A stretch of DNA of 64,000 nt from Gemmatimonadota bacterium (GTDB lineage Bacteria; JAAXHH01). The stretch spans positions 18,494 through 82,493 of the forward strand of contig VXRC01000024.1 of the NCBI GenBank assembly GCA_009838645.1, given 5' to 3'. The notes under the pieces are model-generated. The model was not told the DNA's origin. It searched no databases and saw only the letters and a list, made by a program, of their open reading frames with translations. The first letter of the stretch is position 1. Each line of letters starts with the position of its first letter. This document shows, piece by piece, positions 9,305 through 19,428 of the stretch. The position numbers and the translations under genes were made by a program.

Positions 9305-10999
9305 GTGGCCGTGATGGGCCAGCAGGCGGCGGGATTCACCGTCGTGAAAATCGATCCGGCCACCGGCGCGACGTCCCAGGCGACTTCGCCCGATCCCACC
9401 GCCAATTTCCCCACGGGCGCCTTGCGCACCCGAGATGGCCGGATCTACGTCGGCGCCGCCTACGCCGGGCATCTCCACTGTTACGATCCCAAGACGGAAC
9501 AGTTGGACGACCTGGGCGCCATCAACCTGCCCGACGATACCTTCCCCTGTAATATGGATGAAGACGAAAACGGCGTAATCTGGATCGGATGCTACGGGTC
9601 GGCCGGCCTGACGAGCTACGACCCGGCGTCCGGTGCGTTCACCCGCCACGGGCGGATGGACGAGACCGACATGTACTGCTATCCCTACGTGGGCGCCGGG
9701 GGAACGGTCGCCTGCAACATCAGGATGACCCGTCCGCACGTGGTCGTCTACGATCCAGTATCGGGCCGGCGCGAGACCGTGGGACCCGTGGTGGTCACGG
9801 AGGACGGGGGATCGCTTAACCTGTACAGGGCGGCCGACGACCAACTCTACATCCGGTCGACCGCAGGCGATTTCAGACTGGACGGCTTCGAGGCCAAACC
9901 CGTTGCAGCCCTCCCCGACCCGGCGCCGCCGCTGACGATGTCCGACGGATCCACGGCGGATTTCGCTGACCGGGAAATCCAGATGTTCCGCGAGATGGCC
10001 ATTACCCGGCCGGAATCCGGCGGGACGCGCATCTTGCCCGTAGCCTACGAGTCCGCGGGCAGCGAGATCTTCCTGGTGCATCGCGGGCCCGACGACAACC
10101 TGTACGGTTCGAGCATCCTGCCTCTGCACCTGTTTCGACATGATCCGTCCACCGGCGCCATGGACGACCTGGGCATATGCACCACCGCCACCGGGGAAGC
10201 CTATTCCATGGCCAACATGGACGGCAGCCTCTACATCTGTTCCTACCCGGGCGCCGTGCTGTCCGTCTACGATCCTGCCCGGCCCTATCACTTTGGAAAG
10301 GACACCGGCAGCAACCCCCGGGATCTCGGCCGCATGGACGAATTCTCCTATCGACCACGTTCCATGGTCGCAGGTCCGCTTGGCCGGGTGTGGACGGCCT
10401 CCGTACCGAACTACGGCATGTGGGGAGGACCGTTGTCCTGGTACGATCCGGTCGCGGATGCGTTCGGTACCTATCGCGATATCGCCGGGGAAGCCAGTTG
10501 CTGGTCACTGGCCTGGCTGGAGGCCCATGGCCTGCTGGCCATCGGGACGACGATCGACGGCGGCACCGGCACGCAGCCGCGCGTAGACCAGGCGTCGCTG
10601 TTCCTCTGGGATTACGAGAAGGAGGAAAAGGTGTGGGAAGGCCGGCTTCCGGTAGAGGTTACGGCCGTCGACGCGCTGGCCGTCATGGACGGCGGCCTGC
10701 TATGCGGGACGGCCCGTGCGGGATCCGGGTCCATCCTATTCGATTTCGATGCAGGTGACTGGCGATTCGTGCACCTGGCTTCCCTGCCGGGTGGTCGCTC
10801 GCTGGAAGGTGGCCTCCAGACCGGTCCCGATGGCGGGATATACGGATTTACGACCGAATGTTTCTACCGTTTCGATGCCGCCGCCGGCGTTGTGACCACG
10901 ATTCACGAAGCGCCGTCCGCCTTCCAGAATCCCGGTCCGATGTACGGGGACGGTGTCTACTTCACGAAGAAACACGAGCTGAAGAAACTGGTGTTCTGA
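9305..10999 (+). CDS. Hypothetical beta-propeller repeat protein; no signal peptide evident
   Basis: 564-aa ORF starting at GTG (an in-frame ATG follows 3 codons later). A YDPxxG-like motif recurs about every 50 aa (CYDPKTEQ, SYDPASGAF, VYDPVSGRR, VYDPARPYH, WYDPVADAF). Confidence 0.45.
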   Translation: MAVMGQQAAGFTVVKIDPATGATSQATSPDPTANFPTGALRTRDGRIYVGAAYAGHLHCYDPKTEQLDDLGAINLPDDTFPCNMDEDENGVIWIGCYGSAGLTSYDPASGAFTRHGRMDETDMYCYPYVGAGGTVACNIRMTRPHVVVYDPVSGRRETVGPVVVTEDGGSLNLYRAADDQLYIRSTAGDFRLDGFEAKPVAALPDPAPPLTMSDGSTADFADREIQMFREMAITRPESGGTRILPVAYESAGSEIFLVHRGPDDNLYGSSILPLHLFRHDPSTGAMDDLGICTTATGEAYSMANMDGSLYICSYPGAVLSVYDPARPYHFGKDTGSNPRDLGRMDEFSYRPRSMVAGPLGRVWTASVPNYGMWGGPLSWYDPVADAFGTYRDIAGEASCWSLAWLEAHGLLAIGTTIDGGTGTQPRVDQASLFLWDYEKEEKVWEGRLPVEVTAVDALAVMDGGLLCGTARAGSGSILFDFDAGDWRFVHLASLPGGRSLEGGLQTGPDGGIYGFTTECFYRFDAAAGVVTTIHEAPSAFQNPGPMYGDGVYFTKKHELKKLVF

Positions 11000-11196
11000 A
11001 AAACGAAGGATCGTAGTTACCACGACGCAAAGGTAGAGGATGCAAACTGAAGAGATAAAGTGTATAAACTATTGAAAATATGAATCATAAGTATATTACT
11101 CCACGCCGTACAATGACCTTGACAGATTCGACCGCATACGGTAACTATGCATTGGCTTTTGTTGAGCATCGCCAACCAATCACAAGGATCCGTCAG

Positions 11197-12192
11197 ATGA
11201 GATACCCATACAGGTCGTGGAAAAGGTCAATGTTTCTTGCCGGTCTGGTCTCGCTGTTGCTGATCCGGCCGGACCCGGTCGCCGCGCTGGATGCCCCGCA
11301 ATCCTGGGAACTGCGTAAATCCACGATTATCGACCTGCCGCGGTCCCATCCCGCAGCGTCTTACCTGCCCGACCTGATCAAGCGTCTCGCGTCCGGACAG
11401 GGCGGAGGATCGCCCGTGTCCGAGGTGGAATTCCTGGCCCTGTTCGACCGGCCCGAAAGCCGTACGGTCTACAACAACCAACTGATCAAGGTGGCCACGC
11501 CCCGGAGCGTCGCGATTCAGAACAAGGCCCACGAGGATTTCTCGCGCGTCTTCCTGGCGGAAAAGCGGGTGAAGCGGGGTGTTGCGTTCCTCGAAGAGAA
11601 GAAAAACCTGCTGGACCGGGCGGAGAGGACCTACGGTGTGGCCCCGAAGGACATCGTGTCCATCCTGATGTGGGAATCCGGCCTAGGTGAGTTCACGGGA
11701 AACTACCGCGTGTTCAATGTCCTGGTCGCCCAGTTGTTATACCTGGAGGAAGCCCAGCAGGCCGCCGTGCGACGCATTACAGCCGGGGGTGAAGCCGATC
11801 CGCTCACCTCTGCCGCGGTAGCCGAAAGACAGCAGGAACGATTCGCGAAAATCCGCCGCAGGTGCGTCGGCAACCTGGTGGCGCTCCTTCGCCATAGCAA
11901 GGCCACCGGCGTGGACCCGCTTTCGCTCCACGGTTCCTGGGCCGGCGCCATCGGGTATCCCCAGTTCATGCCGGCCAGCATGCCCCATGCCGCCGATGGA
12001 GACGGGGATGGCGAAATCGACCTGCATTCGTGGCCCGATGCCATCATGAGCGTGGCCAAGTATCTCAACGAACGCGGCAAGTACGGCACAGCCGATGCCG
12101 CACGCCGCAGGGCCATCTTCAGCTACAACCCCATCGACTCCTACGTAAACGGCGTGATCAAGTACGCCGAAGCCATCTCGAAGGCGCGCTGA
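11197..12192 (+). CDS. Lytic murein transglycosylase (MltB-like)
   Basis: Start chosen at MRYPYRSWKRSMFLAGLVSLLLI (signal-like). C-terminal motifs GAIGYPQFMP...DGDGDGEIDL...AKYL are characteristic of MltB-type transglycosylases. Confidence 0.6.
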   Translation: MRYPYRSWKRSMFLAGLVSLLLIRPDPVAALDAPQSWELRKSTIIDLPRSHPAASYLPDLIKRLASGQGGGSPVSEVEFLALFDRPESRTVYNNQLIKVATPRSVAIQNKAHEDFSRVFLAEKRVKRGVAFLEEKKNLLDRAERTYGVAPKDIVSILMWESGLGEFTGNYRVFNVLVAQLLYLEEAQQAAVRRITAGGEADPLTSAAVAERQQERFAKIRRRCVGNLVALLRHSKATGVDPLSLHGSWAGAIGYPQFMPASMPHAADGDGDGEIDLHSWPDAIMSVAKYLNERGKYGTADAARRRAIFSYNPIDSYVNGVIKYAEAISKAR

Positions 12193-12325
12193 AAACAGCC
12201 CCTTCCTGCGATTTGCCAGACCTACCCGGAAAGGCCGTGCCGGAAACCCGGTAAACTCACCTGGACCAATGCCGACCCGCCTCTACTTGAACCCAGGGGG
12301 CGTTGTCGAAAAAGGCGGTCAGCCC

Positions 12326-12808
12326 ATGACCATGCACGACGACATCGATCCAGCCCTGGATCTCGTCCTTGAGCGCCACATCCCGGACGTCACGCCCGCC
12401 CAGCTATGGCGAGCCTGGACCGAGCCCGAGGCGTTAAAGCGATGGTTCACGCCGAAGCCGTGGGAGACGACGGCCTGTGAAATCGATCTGCGGCCCGGCG
12501 GCGCCTTCGGCACGACGATGCGCTCACCCGAAGGCGAAGAGGTATCGGGCACAGGGTGCTATCTGGAGATCGTCGAGCACCGGAGGCTCGTATGGACCGA
12601 TGCACTGGAGCCAGGCTATCGTCCGGGTGCGTCACCATTCATGACGGCCATCATCACGATGGCGCCCGAAGGCGACGGTACGCGCTATCGTGCGCTTGTA
12701 CGGCATCACGACGAAGCCGCACGCCAAAAGCACGAGGAAATGGGGTTTTTTACAGGCTGGGGCACGGCACTCGATCAACTCGTTGAGCACGCGCGGAAAC
12801 TTGACTGA
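12326..12808 (+). CDS. SRPBCC (AHSA1/polyketide-cyclase-like) domain protein
   Basis: ~160 aa, pattern typical of Activator-of-Hsp90-ATPase-homolog/SRPBCC proteins. Start at the ATG at 12326 within ORF 12269..12808. Confidence 0.45.
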   Translation: MTMHDDIDPALDLVLERHIPDVTPAQLWRAWTEPEALKRWFTPKPWETTACEIDLRPGGAFGTTMRSPEGEEVSGTGCYLEIVEHRRLVWTDALEPGYRPGASPFMTAIITMAPEGDGTRYRALVRHHDEAARQKHEEMGFFTGWGTALDQLVEHARKLD

Positions 12809-12834
12809 CGAGGTCTCCAGGCCAGGATCCGTAT

Positions 12835-13626
12835 CTACAGGGCGATGATCCTCCGGATGCGCTCGGCGGTTTCCCGCATGTTGTCGTCGTCGCCGCCGAC
12901 CTCGCTCACCAGGGCTCCGTCGAAACTGATGCCGCGCAGTTCGGTCATGACCGCAGGCCAGTCCGTGTCGCCATCCATCAGCTGGACCCAGGCGCCTTCC
13001 CCGCGCAGGAAGTCCTTCACGTGCACCTTGAAGATCCGGCGGCCCAGTTCCTTGATCCACATGTCGGGGTAGCCGTAGAGGATCATGTTGGCCGTGTCCA
13101 GGTAGATCCCGACGGCGGGCGACCCGACCTCGTCGACGAGCTGGCGGGCTTCCCGGGGACTCAGCATGAACTGGTTCCACACGTTCTCGATGCCGATCCG
13201 TGTGCCGCGACGTTCCGCCTCGGGCGCGAGATCACGCAGGGCGTCGCGGAAGTTGTCCCAGGTCGTCCCGTAGGAGCTCGCCGGATCGAGCGCTCCGGGA
13301 TGCAGAAGGAGGGCGTCCACCCCCAGGATCTCGGCGATTTCGAAACCGCGCTTGAGGATGGCAACCCGCTTCGCCCGTTCTTCCGCGGACGGCGATAGCA
13401 GGGATCCGGCATCGCCGCGGATGGCGATCATGGAACTCAGTTCGAGGCCGTGGTTCCTGCAGGCCTCCCCCACGGCGGCGATCTCCGGGGTCGAGGCGTC
13501 AATGTTCGGGAAACCGCTGTCGGAGAAAACCAGTTCGATGGCCTCGTAGCCCAGGTTTCGGGCCTTTGAGAGATCCGCTTCGAGATCCTGGCGGGCGAGA
13601 CAGAGTTGCGTGATGCCTGGCTTCAT
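12835..13626 (-). CDS. Sugar phosphate isomerase/epimerase (xylose-isomerase-like TIM barrel)
   Basis: The product begins MKPGITQLCL... and has family features (IGIENVWNQF, GIYLDTANM). An alternative start lies at 13659. Confidence 0.6.
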   Translation of the reverse strand: MKPGITQLCLARQDLEADLSKARNLGYEAIELVFSDSGFPNIDASTPEIAAVGEACRNHGLELSSMIAIRGDAGSLLSPSAEERAKRVAILKRGFEIAEILGVDALLLHPGALDPASSYGTTWDNFRDALRDLAPEAERRGTRIGIENVWNQFMLSPREARQLVDEVGSPAVGIYLDTANMILYGYPDMWIKELGRRIFKVHVKDFLRGEGAWVQLMDGDTDWPAVMTELRGISFDGALVSEVGGDDDNMRETAERIRRIIAL

Positions 13627-13775
13627 GGGGAGGCGGCTCCTTGGAATCGTTGCGGGCACATGAAATCGTTGCGGACGGCGGTAATTTTGAAGTTAACAGT
13701 CGTGTCGGGGTAGGTTATATTATAAGTAACAAAACGCAAGCGAATTGCGCTGCATCTGAAACGAGGAGGAAGACC

Positions 13776-14351
13776 ATGATTCATACACTGGCGCGGTGGT
13801 GCTTCGCCCTGGCCCTGGTCGGCCTGGTGGCGGAGTCCGCCGACGCGCAACCCCGTAACTTGGCGCCGAGGCTGAGTGAGGCCGCACCGGAGTTCAGCCT
13901 GCAGGACGTCAACGGCGAAACCGTCAACTTCGCCGATTACAAGGGCAGCAAGAACCTGCTTGTGGTCGTCGACCGCGGCTGGATAGGCTACTGGTGACCC
14001 CTTTGCTTACGGCAACTGGGGCAGTTGCAATCCGATTACGAACGCATAGCAGCACTCGACACCGAATTACTCTTCATCAATCCCGAAGACCTCGACCAGA
14101 CCAGGGACTTCGTCGCCAAATCGAAAGTCACGCGGGAAGCGCTTTCCTTCCGCGTTCTCGCCGACCCGGATCGGGCCATTCCCACCAAGTTCAAGATCCA
14201 GAAAGCGACCGACAAGGGGACGGAAGTCATTCCCACGGCCTTCATCATCGACAAGGAAGGCGTCCTTCGGTTCAAGTACGTGGGTTCGGATCCCTTCGAC
14301 CGGCCGTCGACAGACAGCCTGGTGGAGATCCTGGATATGATCGAAGGGTAG
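13776..14351 (+). CDS. Secreted thioredoxin-fold redoxin (AhpC/TSA, TlpA/ResA-like); putative selenoprotein with in-frame UGA (13995-13997) at the first position of W-C-P-x-C (W-U-P-L-C)
   Basis: ORFs 13641..13997 and 14025..14351 share one frame and are separated only by TGA. The read-through product has a signal peptide (MIHTLARWCFALALVGLVAESADA) and redoxin motifs (APEFSLQDVNGETVNFADYKG...IPTAFIIDKEGVL...YVG). The RBS GAGGAGG precedes the ATG at 13776. Confidence 0.55.
14012..14028 (+). promoter_or_regulatory. Putative bacterial SECIS-like hairpin (GCAACUG-GGG-CAGUUGC), 15 nt downstream of the in-frame UGA
   Basis: Perfect 7-bp inverted repeat with a G-rich apical loop, read directly from the sequence. 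The spacing from the UGA is in the bacterial SECIS range. Confidence 0.35.
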
Positions 14352-14414
14352 TAAGTCGGTTTTGAAGTCGAGATGAAGTTTGATTGAGGTAGAGTTTACG
14401 AAGCGAAGTTGAAG

Positions 14415-14834
14415 TCAGGACACCAGATTCCTGATCTCGTCGGACACGAATTCGACCAGGATCTGGTTTTCCAGCCAGACTTCGTAGAGCGGTCCGCCCA
14501 GCCTCGGCCGAAAGCGGTGGTGAAGTCCATGCGATTCCGCCACCGCTTTCAAATGGTCGAGGCTTTGCTGCGTTTCAAGCAGAAAATGGGTCGAATTGAA
14601 ATTCTGTACCTCTTCAACCGGTCTGAATTCCGCGGCGTGTTCCCCGGGGCAGAGCAGGTAGATGTTCGGGATAAATTCGATCATCTCACCCGACTGACAG
14701 TCCCAAGCGCATACCCAGGCACCTTCCATGGTCCTCGATGTGAATGGATATACTGATCCATACGTCAATTCTGCCAGAACCCTCGCTGCCCTTTCGGGTT
14801 TTGATGCCGTAATGGAAAGGTGTTTGATCTTCAT
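14415..14834 (-). CDS. VOC (glyoxalase/bleomycin-resistance/dioxygenase) family protein
   Basis: 139 aa with a VOC-like N-terminus (MKIKHLSITASKPERAARVLAEL). Lies in a lower-GC block. Confidence 0.4.
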   Translation of the reverse strand: MKIKHLSITASKPERAARVLAELTYGSVYPFTSRTMEGAWVCAWDCQSGEMIEFIPNIYLLCPGEHAAEFRPVEEVQNFNSTHFLLETQQSLDHLKAVAESHGLHHRFRPRLGGPLYEVWLENQILVEFVSDEIRNLVS

Positions 14835-14890
14835 ATGGCGATGCGACTCTATATGGGTGTGTAATCTGCAGAACGCTCACAAGCGTTGCG

Positions 14891-15214
14891 TTATTCACGC
14901 GGTTCAGTATGGATAAGAAAGACCTTCGTTTCAAATCCTCCTCTTTTCTCCTTCTTCGCGTTTCTCATTTTCTCGAGTTGTATCGGATCAATTCCCATTC
15001 GAGACGCAATAGCGTATACCACCTCCAGGATATCAACTAATTCCTCGGCGTCATTGGAAGTGTTGAATTCCCCGACTTCCTCCACAAGTTTGCGTCTGAG
15101 TTCATGAATATACTCGGCCCTGTCGAGAACTCGGGTCGTCGGACGATCGCCCGCAGCAGCAATGATATCGGGAATCCTGTCCCGCACAAGCTTGTTGTGG
15201 TCAACTCGTTTCAT
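14891..15214 (-). CDS. MazG-like nucleoside triphosphate pyrophosphohydrolase (PRA-PH fold)
   Basis: MKRVDHNKLVRDRIPDII...EELVDILEVVYAIA, characteristic of small all-alpha NTP-PPases. GGAAGG lies 8-13 nt upstream of the ATG at 15212-15214. Confidence 0.5.
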   Translation of the reverse strand: MKRVDHNKLVRDRIPDIIAAAGDRPTTRVLDRAEYIHELRRKLVEEVGEFNTSNDAEELVDILEVVYAIASRMGIDPIQLEKMRNAKKEKRGGFETKVFLIHTEPRE

Positions 15215-15239
15215 TGCTGCACCTTCCACGGCGTAATTG

Positions 15240-15623
15240 TCAAAACCGAACCTGGCCTGCAGGTGTCACGTCTGCGAAGTCACCGAGGATATCATTATAG
15301 TGAGCGATAATCTGCTCTGCTGTAAGTACATCGGAATCGAAAGTACTGTGTCCATCCTTGACTAGCGTTATCGAATATCCTGCAATACGAGCATGATGGC
15401 AGGTCGTGCTGATACAGTTCTCGGTTTGAACGCCTGTAATGAATAACCTGCCGATCTCCTTTTCATTCAAAATAGATGCTAACTGAGCTTCGCAAAACGC
15501 ATCCGGAGTTCGTTTCTGAACGACGATATCTCCCTTCTGCGGGGAAACCCGTTCGTGTATATGCCATCCTGGTGAATCCGTCCGATCCGGGTCGCCCGGT
15601 TTTCCGTTGTGTACGTTGCCCAA
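15240..15623 (-). pseudogene. Isochorismatase-family hydrolase fragment (C-terminal ~2/3 only; the N-terminal catalytic Asp region is missing)
   Basis: WHIHERVSPQKGDIVVQKRTPDAF...LFITGVQTENCISTTCHHARIAGYSITLVKDGHST matches the C-terminal part of YcaC-like isochorismatases. The upstream gene ends 9 nt away, leaving no room for the N-terminal ~60 aa. Confidence 0.4.
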
Positions 15624-15632
15624 TGTCGTTTC

Positions 15633-16559
15633 CTATATGCATTCCACGATGCGGTCTTCAATCTCAGCCAGCTCTTCGAATTGCCCTACCGTGCTTTTCC
15701 AGTCTTCCTGCGTGGCATAGTACTGCGCCAGTCCGTATGACTCGGCTTTTTTGACCAACCATTCCGCGGTTTCAGTTTGGTCTGCCGACTTCATGAAATC
15801 GGCCGCATCGAGGCAACGACGGGCGCCGATCGGCAGGACGAAGTGGACCAGCATGGCCGCGAATCCTTTGGGCGGTATACCGCGGATCACCTCGGCGGCC
15901 ATCCGGAACGCCTGCGAACCTCCAAAAAAGACCGGACCGGAGGGGGCGGCATGAATCAGTTCTCGTGCGTTTTCCAGCGTAGCCTTCAGCATGTCTTCGG
16001 TCGATACCTGACGGTCTTCCCGGAAATCGCCGCGCAGGGTGTATGCACTTGTTGCGTAGCCGAGATCAGTGGCATTCCACGCACGCAAAAGGTCATCGAC
16101 CGGCAGTACCGCGAATGGATAGAATTGCGGGTCATGCACCTGTACACGGTCGCCTTCGAGTTTCAGAGCTATAATGAAATGGTCTCCGCCACGTTTCAGC
16201 CGGTGATTCGGGTCATAGGGCAGGAAACCCAGGTCCAGGGGACCAAGCAGTACGGGGCCGTTCTTCAGGTTAGCTTTTAATGCTTCAAGAGCCGATTCAA
16301 CATCGTCACCCTCCCACTGTGTACACGTCCAACCCAGAATGCTGAGCGCACGGGACATCCCGCTGTTAGGATTCAGGTCGGCGTGGCTAGGGAAGAACAG
16401 TGGAGTATCAAACTGCAGGAACAGCTCGCCGAACGGCATACCCGTCATGCATTCCAACAGGCCGGGTTCCGGAAGATCGGCCATGCCGGCGTGCTGCAGA
16501 CACATGTGAAGGCTGTTGCTGTAACAGTAATGGCTGTTCCCGGTATAAGCGATGTGCAT
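15633..16559 (-). CDS. Papain-like fold protein, BtrH_N/DUF4872-like (tentative)
   Basis: 308 aa with an N-terminal Cys-containing motif (HYCYSNSLHMCL) reminiscent of BtrH N-terminal/peptidase-C39-like domains. Assignment by recollection only. Confidence 0.35.
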   Translation of the reverse strand: MHIAYTGNSHYCYSNSLHMCLQHAGMADLPEPGLLECMTGMPFGELFLQFDTPLFFPSHADLNPNSGMSRALSILGWTCTQWEGDDVESALEALKANLKNGPVLLGPLDLGFLPYDPNHRLKRGGDHFIIALKLEGDRVQVHDPQFYPFAVLPVDDLLRAWNATDLGYATSAYTLRGDFREDRQVSTEDMLKATLENARELIHAAPSGPVFFGGSQAFRMAAEVIRGIPPKGFAAMLVHFVLPIGARRCLDAADFMKSADQTETAEWLVKKAESYGLAQYYATQEDWKSTVGQFEELAEIEDRIVECI

Positions 16560-16705
16560 TTGCTGATCCTCTCGTCAAATATCGCAATGGATCGAATAAA
16601 CCCTCATTGTTTAAATGGGATTCATCCAGACCAATATACTATATATTTGTTTAGTATATGTCAAGAAATACGAGAGGAAACTTCCAGGTTTTTGCAGAAA
16701 AACAT

Positions 16706-17698
16706 TCAGGGTATTCCGAGCGTCCTACCGATCCTGTCCACCACGTCGTCGATCCTTTCCAGGTACCGCATCGCCGCCTTGTAGGTGGGCATGAGTACCC
16801 GCTGCTCATCCACCTCGCCATCCAGGTACTGGTCGGCCATCCAGAGATAGATGGAGAGTTCGTAGATCGTCCATTCAGGATCTTTCGGGGTGTTGCCGTA
16901 TCCTTCATAGAAAGCGGCCGGTGTGGGGCCGATCGGCTTCAACCGGAAGATCTCCAGCCTGGCCAGGTCCCAGGTCGGATCGCCGGACCAGGCGTACTCC
17001 CAGTCGAGCCAGGCGGAACACCTCCAGTGGCCGGTTTCCTCGTGAACCAGCACGTTCCAGGGATGGGGATCGTTGTGCAGCAGGACCAGGGGTCTTTCGT
17101 TCAGCAGGGGTACCGTTTGCTTCAGTACCCGCTTCATCGACGACAGTTCGAAACGAAGTCCCGGGTCCCGCTTCAGCAGGCTCTCCGCATGCCGCACGGC
17201 CTGGTGGTAGTGAAAGTCACCCCAGGTTCCTTCGTCAAAAGGCTGAATGCGTTCTCCGACGATCAATCCCGGGCAGCGATCGGAAAGCTGGATGGCGTGC
17301 ACTTTTCGTAACGCGGCGCCGACAGCCCGCCAGGCCTGAGCGCGCTGTCCATCGGTCAGGTTATCGACAACGTTCCCCAGAAGGGATCCGGGTTTGAATT
17401 CCATCAGCACGGCGCATCCGTCTTCATCATCGTGATGCGCGACAATGGCCGGCACGGGTACGCCATGCTTCGATAACAAATCGTGCAAATAAAGTTCTTT
17501 TTCGACCCTTTGCAGGTCGTCATCTGTAGCGTAAGGCCATTCGTATTCGCGGAGGATGTAGCGTGTGTCGTCCCGGAGTTTTACGAGGGACGTTCGATTG
17601 GTCACGCCGGTATTGAGCGGCTCGACAGATCGGATGGGATTACGGCTTTGCCCGGCTTCGGCGAGTAGTCTTGGAAGGAATGCAGGAAGCTGGGACAT
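16706..17698 (-). CDS. Aminoglycoside phosphotransferase (APH)/choline-kinase-family small-molecule kinase
   Basis: Catalytic-loop and DFG-like motifs (LLHNDPHPWNVLV, DWEYAWSGDPTWDLA) typical of the APH fold. Confidence 0.65.
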   Translation of the reverse strand: MSQLPAFLPRLLAEAGQSRNPIRSVEPLNTGVTNRTSLVKLRDDTRYILREYEWPYATDDDLQRVEKELYLHDLLSKHGVPVPAIVAHHDDEDGCAVLMEFKPGSLLGNVVDNLTDGQRAQAWRAVGAALRKVHAIQLSDRCPGLIVGERIQPFDEGTWGDFHYHQAVRHAESLLKRDPGLRFELSSMKRVLKQTVPLLNERPLVLLHNDPHPWNVLVHEETGHWRCSAWLDWEYAWSGDPTWDLARLEIFRLKPIGPTPAAFYEGYGNTPKDPEWTIYELSIYLWMADQYLDGEVDEQRVLMPTYKAAMRYLERIDDVVDRIGRTLGIP

Positions 17699-17713
17699 GA
17701 GGTATGCACGCTT

Positions 17714-18019
17714 TCAGTTCGATCGGTTTAGCACGCGTACTTCAGTCTTCAATCGTTCTCCCAGCCGATCCCTTTGCAACTCCAGGTCATAGTGGGTCTG
17801 CAGATTCAGCCAGAATCGATCCGTAGTTCCGAAATAGCGAGCCAGTCGTAAAGCGGTGTCGGCCGAAATGGCGCGTTTGCCGTGCACGATCTCGTTTATG
17901 CGGCGCGGGGGAACTGAAATATCCACGGCAACACGGTACTGACTCAGACCTAGTGGTTCGAGAAACTCTTCCTTGAGGATCTCTCCGGGATGAATCGGAG
18001 GCATAATAGCAGCAGGCAT
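17714..18019 (-). CDS. higA: HigA-family antitoxin-like XRE HTH protein (no HigB partner present)
   Basis: MPAAIMPPIHPGEILKEEFLEPLGLSQYRVAVDISVPPRRINEIVHGKRAISADTALRLARYFGTTDRFWLNLQTHYDLE is a textbook HigA/VapI N-terminus. AGGAG lies 8 nt upstream of the ATG at 18017-18019. The APH gene starts 16 nt downstream. Confidence 0.7.
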   Translation of the reverse strand: MPAAIMPPIHPGEILKEEFLEPLGLSQYRVAVDISVPPRRINEIVHGKRAISADTALRLARYFGTTDRFWLNLQTHYDLELQRDRLGERLKTEVRVLNRSN

Positions 18020-18187
18020 GTGAAACTCCTGGTGGTAGTCTACAAGTTCGTCCACAAAAACGGTCTTTGAACGATAGGATCATGCCAATACTATAGTAAC
18101 GTTATGTGAATCCTTTAAACACTGTTTCCTCATCGGTCCAGACGCCAACACAACAGCCATCTGGTTTATATCCGGGGACACCACGCC

Positions 18188-19342
<1,155 letters not shown>

Positions 19343-19428
19343 AGTGGGCGTTCGTTTTTGGTATCGGTAAGACGATGTGGAAACCGCGACCGCATGTACC
19401 TGGTTAATCTAACCCCAGATAGCCGGTA

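Noticed and set aside
13641-13775. Upstream extension of the redoxin ORF (MESLRAHEIVADGG...)
   Set aside because: It has no RBS. The downstream ATG at 13776 has a strong GAGGAGG RBS and begins a signal peptide. The extension overlaps the divergent promoter region.
18056-18187. Search for a HigB toxin gene upstream of higA
   Set aside because: No ORF of adequate length in any frame in the 130-nt gap. The next gene is a divergent PLP enzyme.
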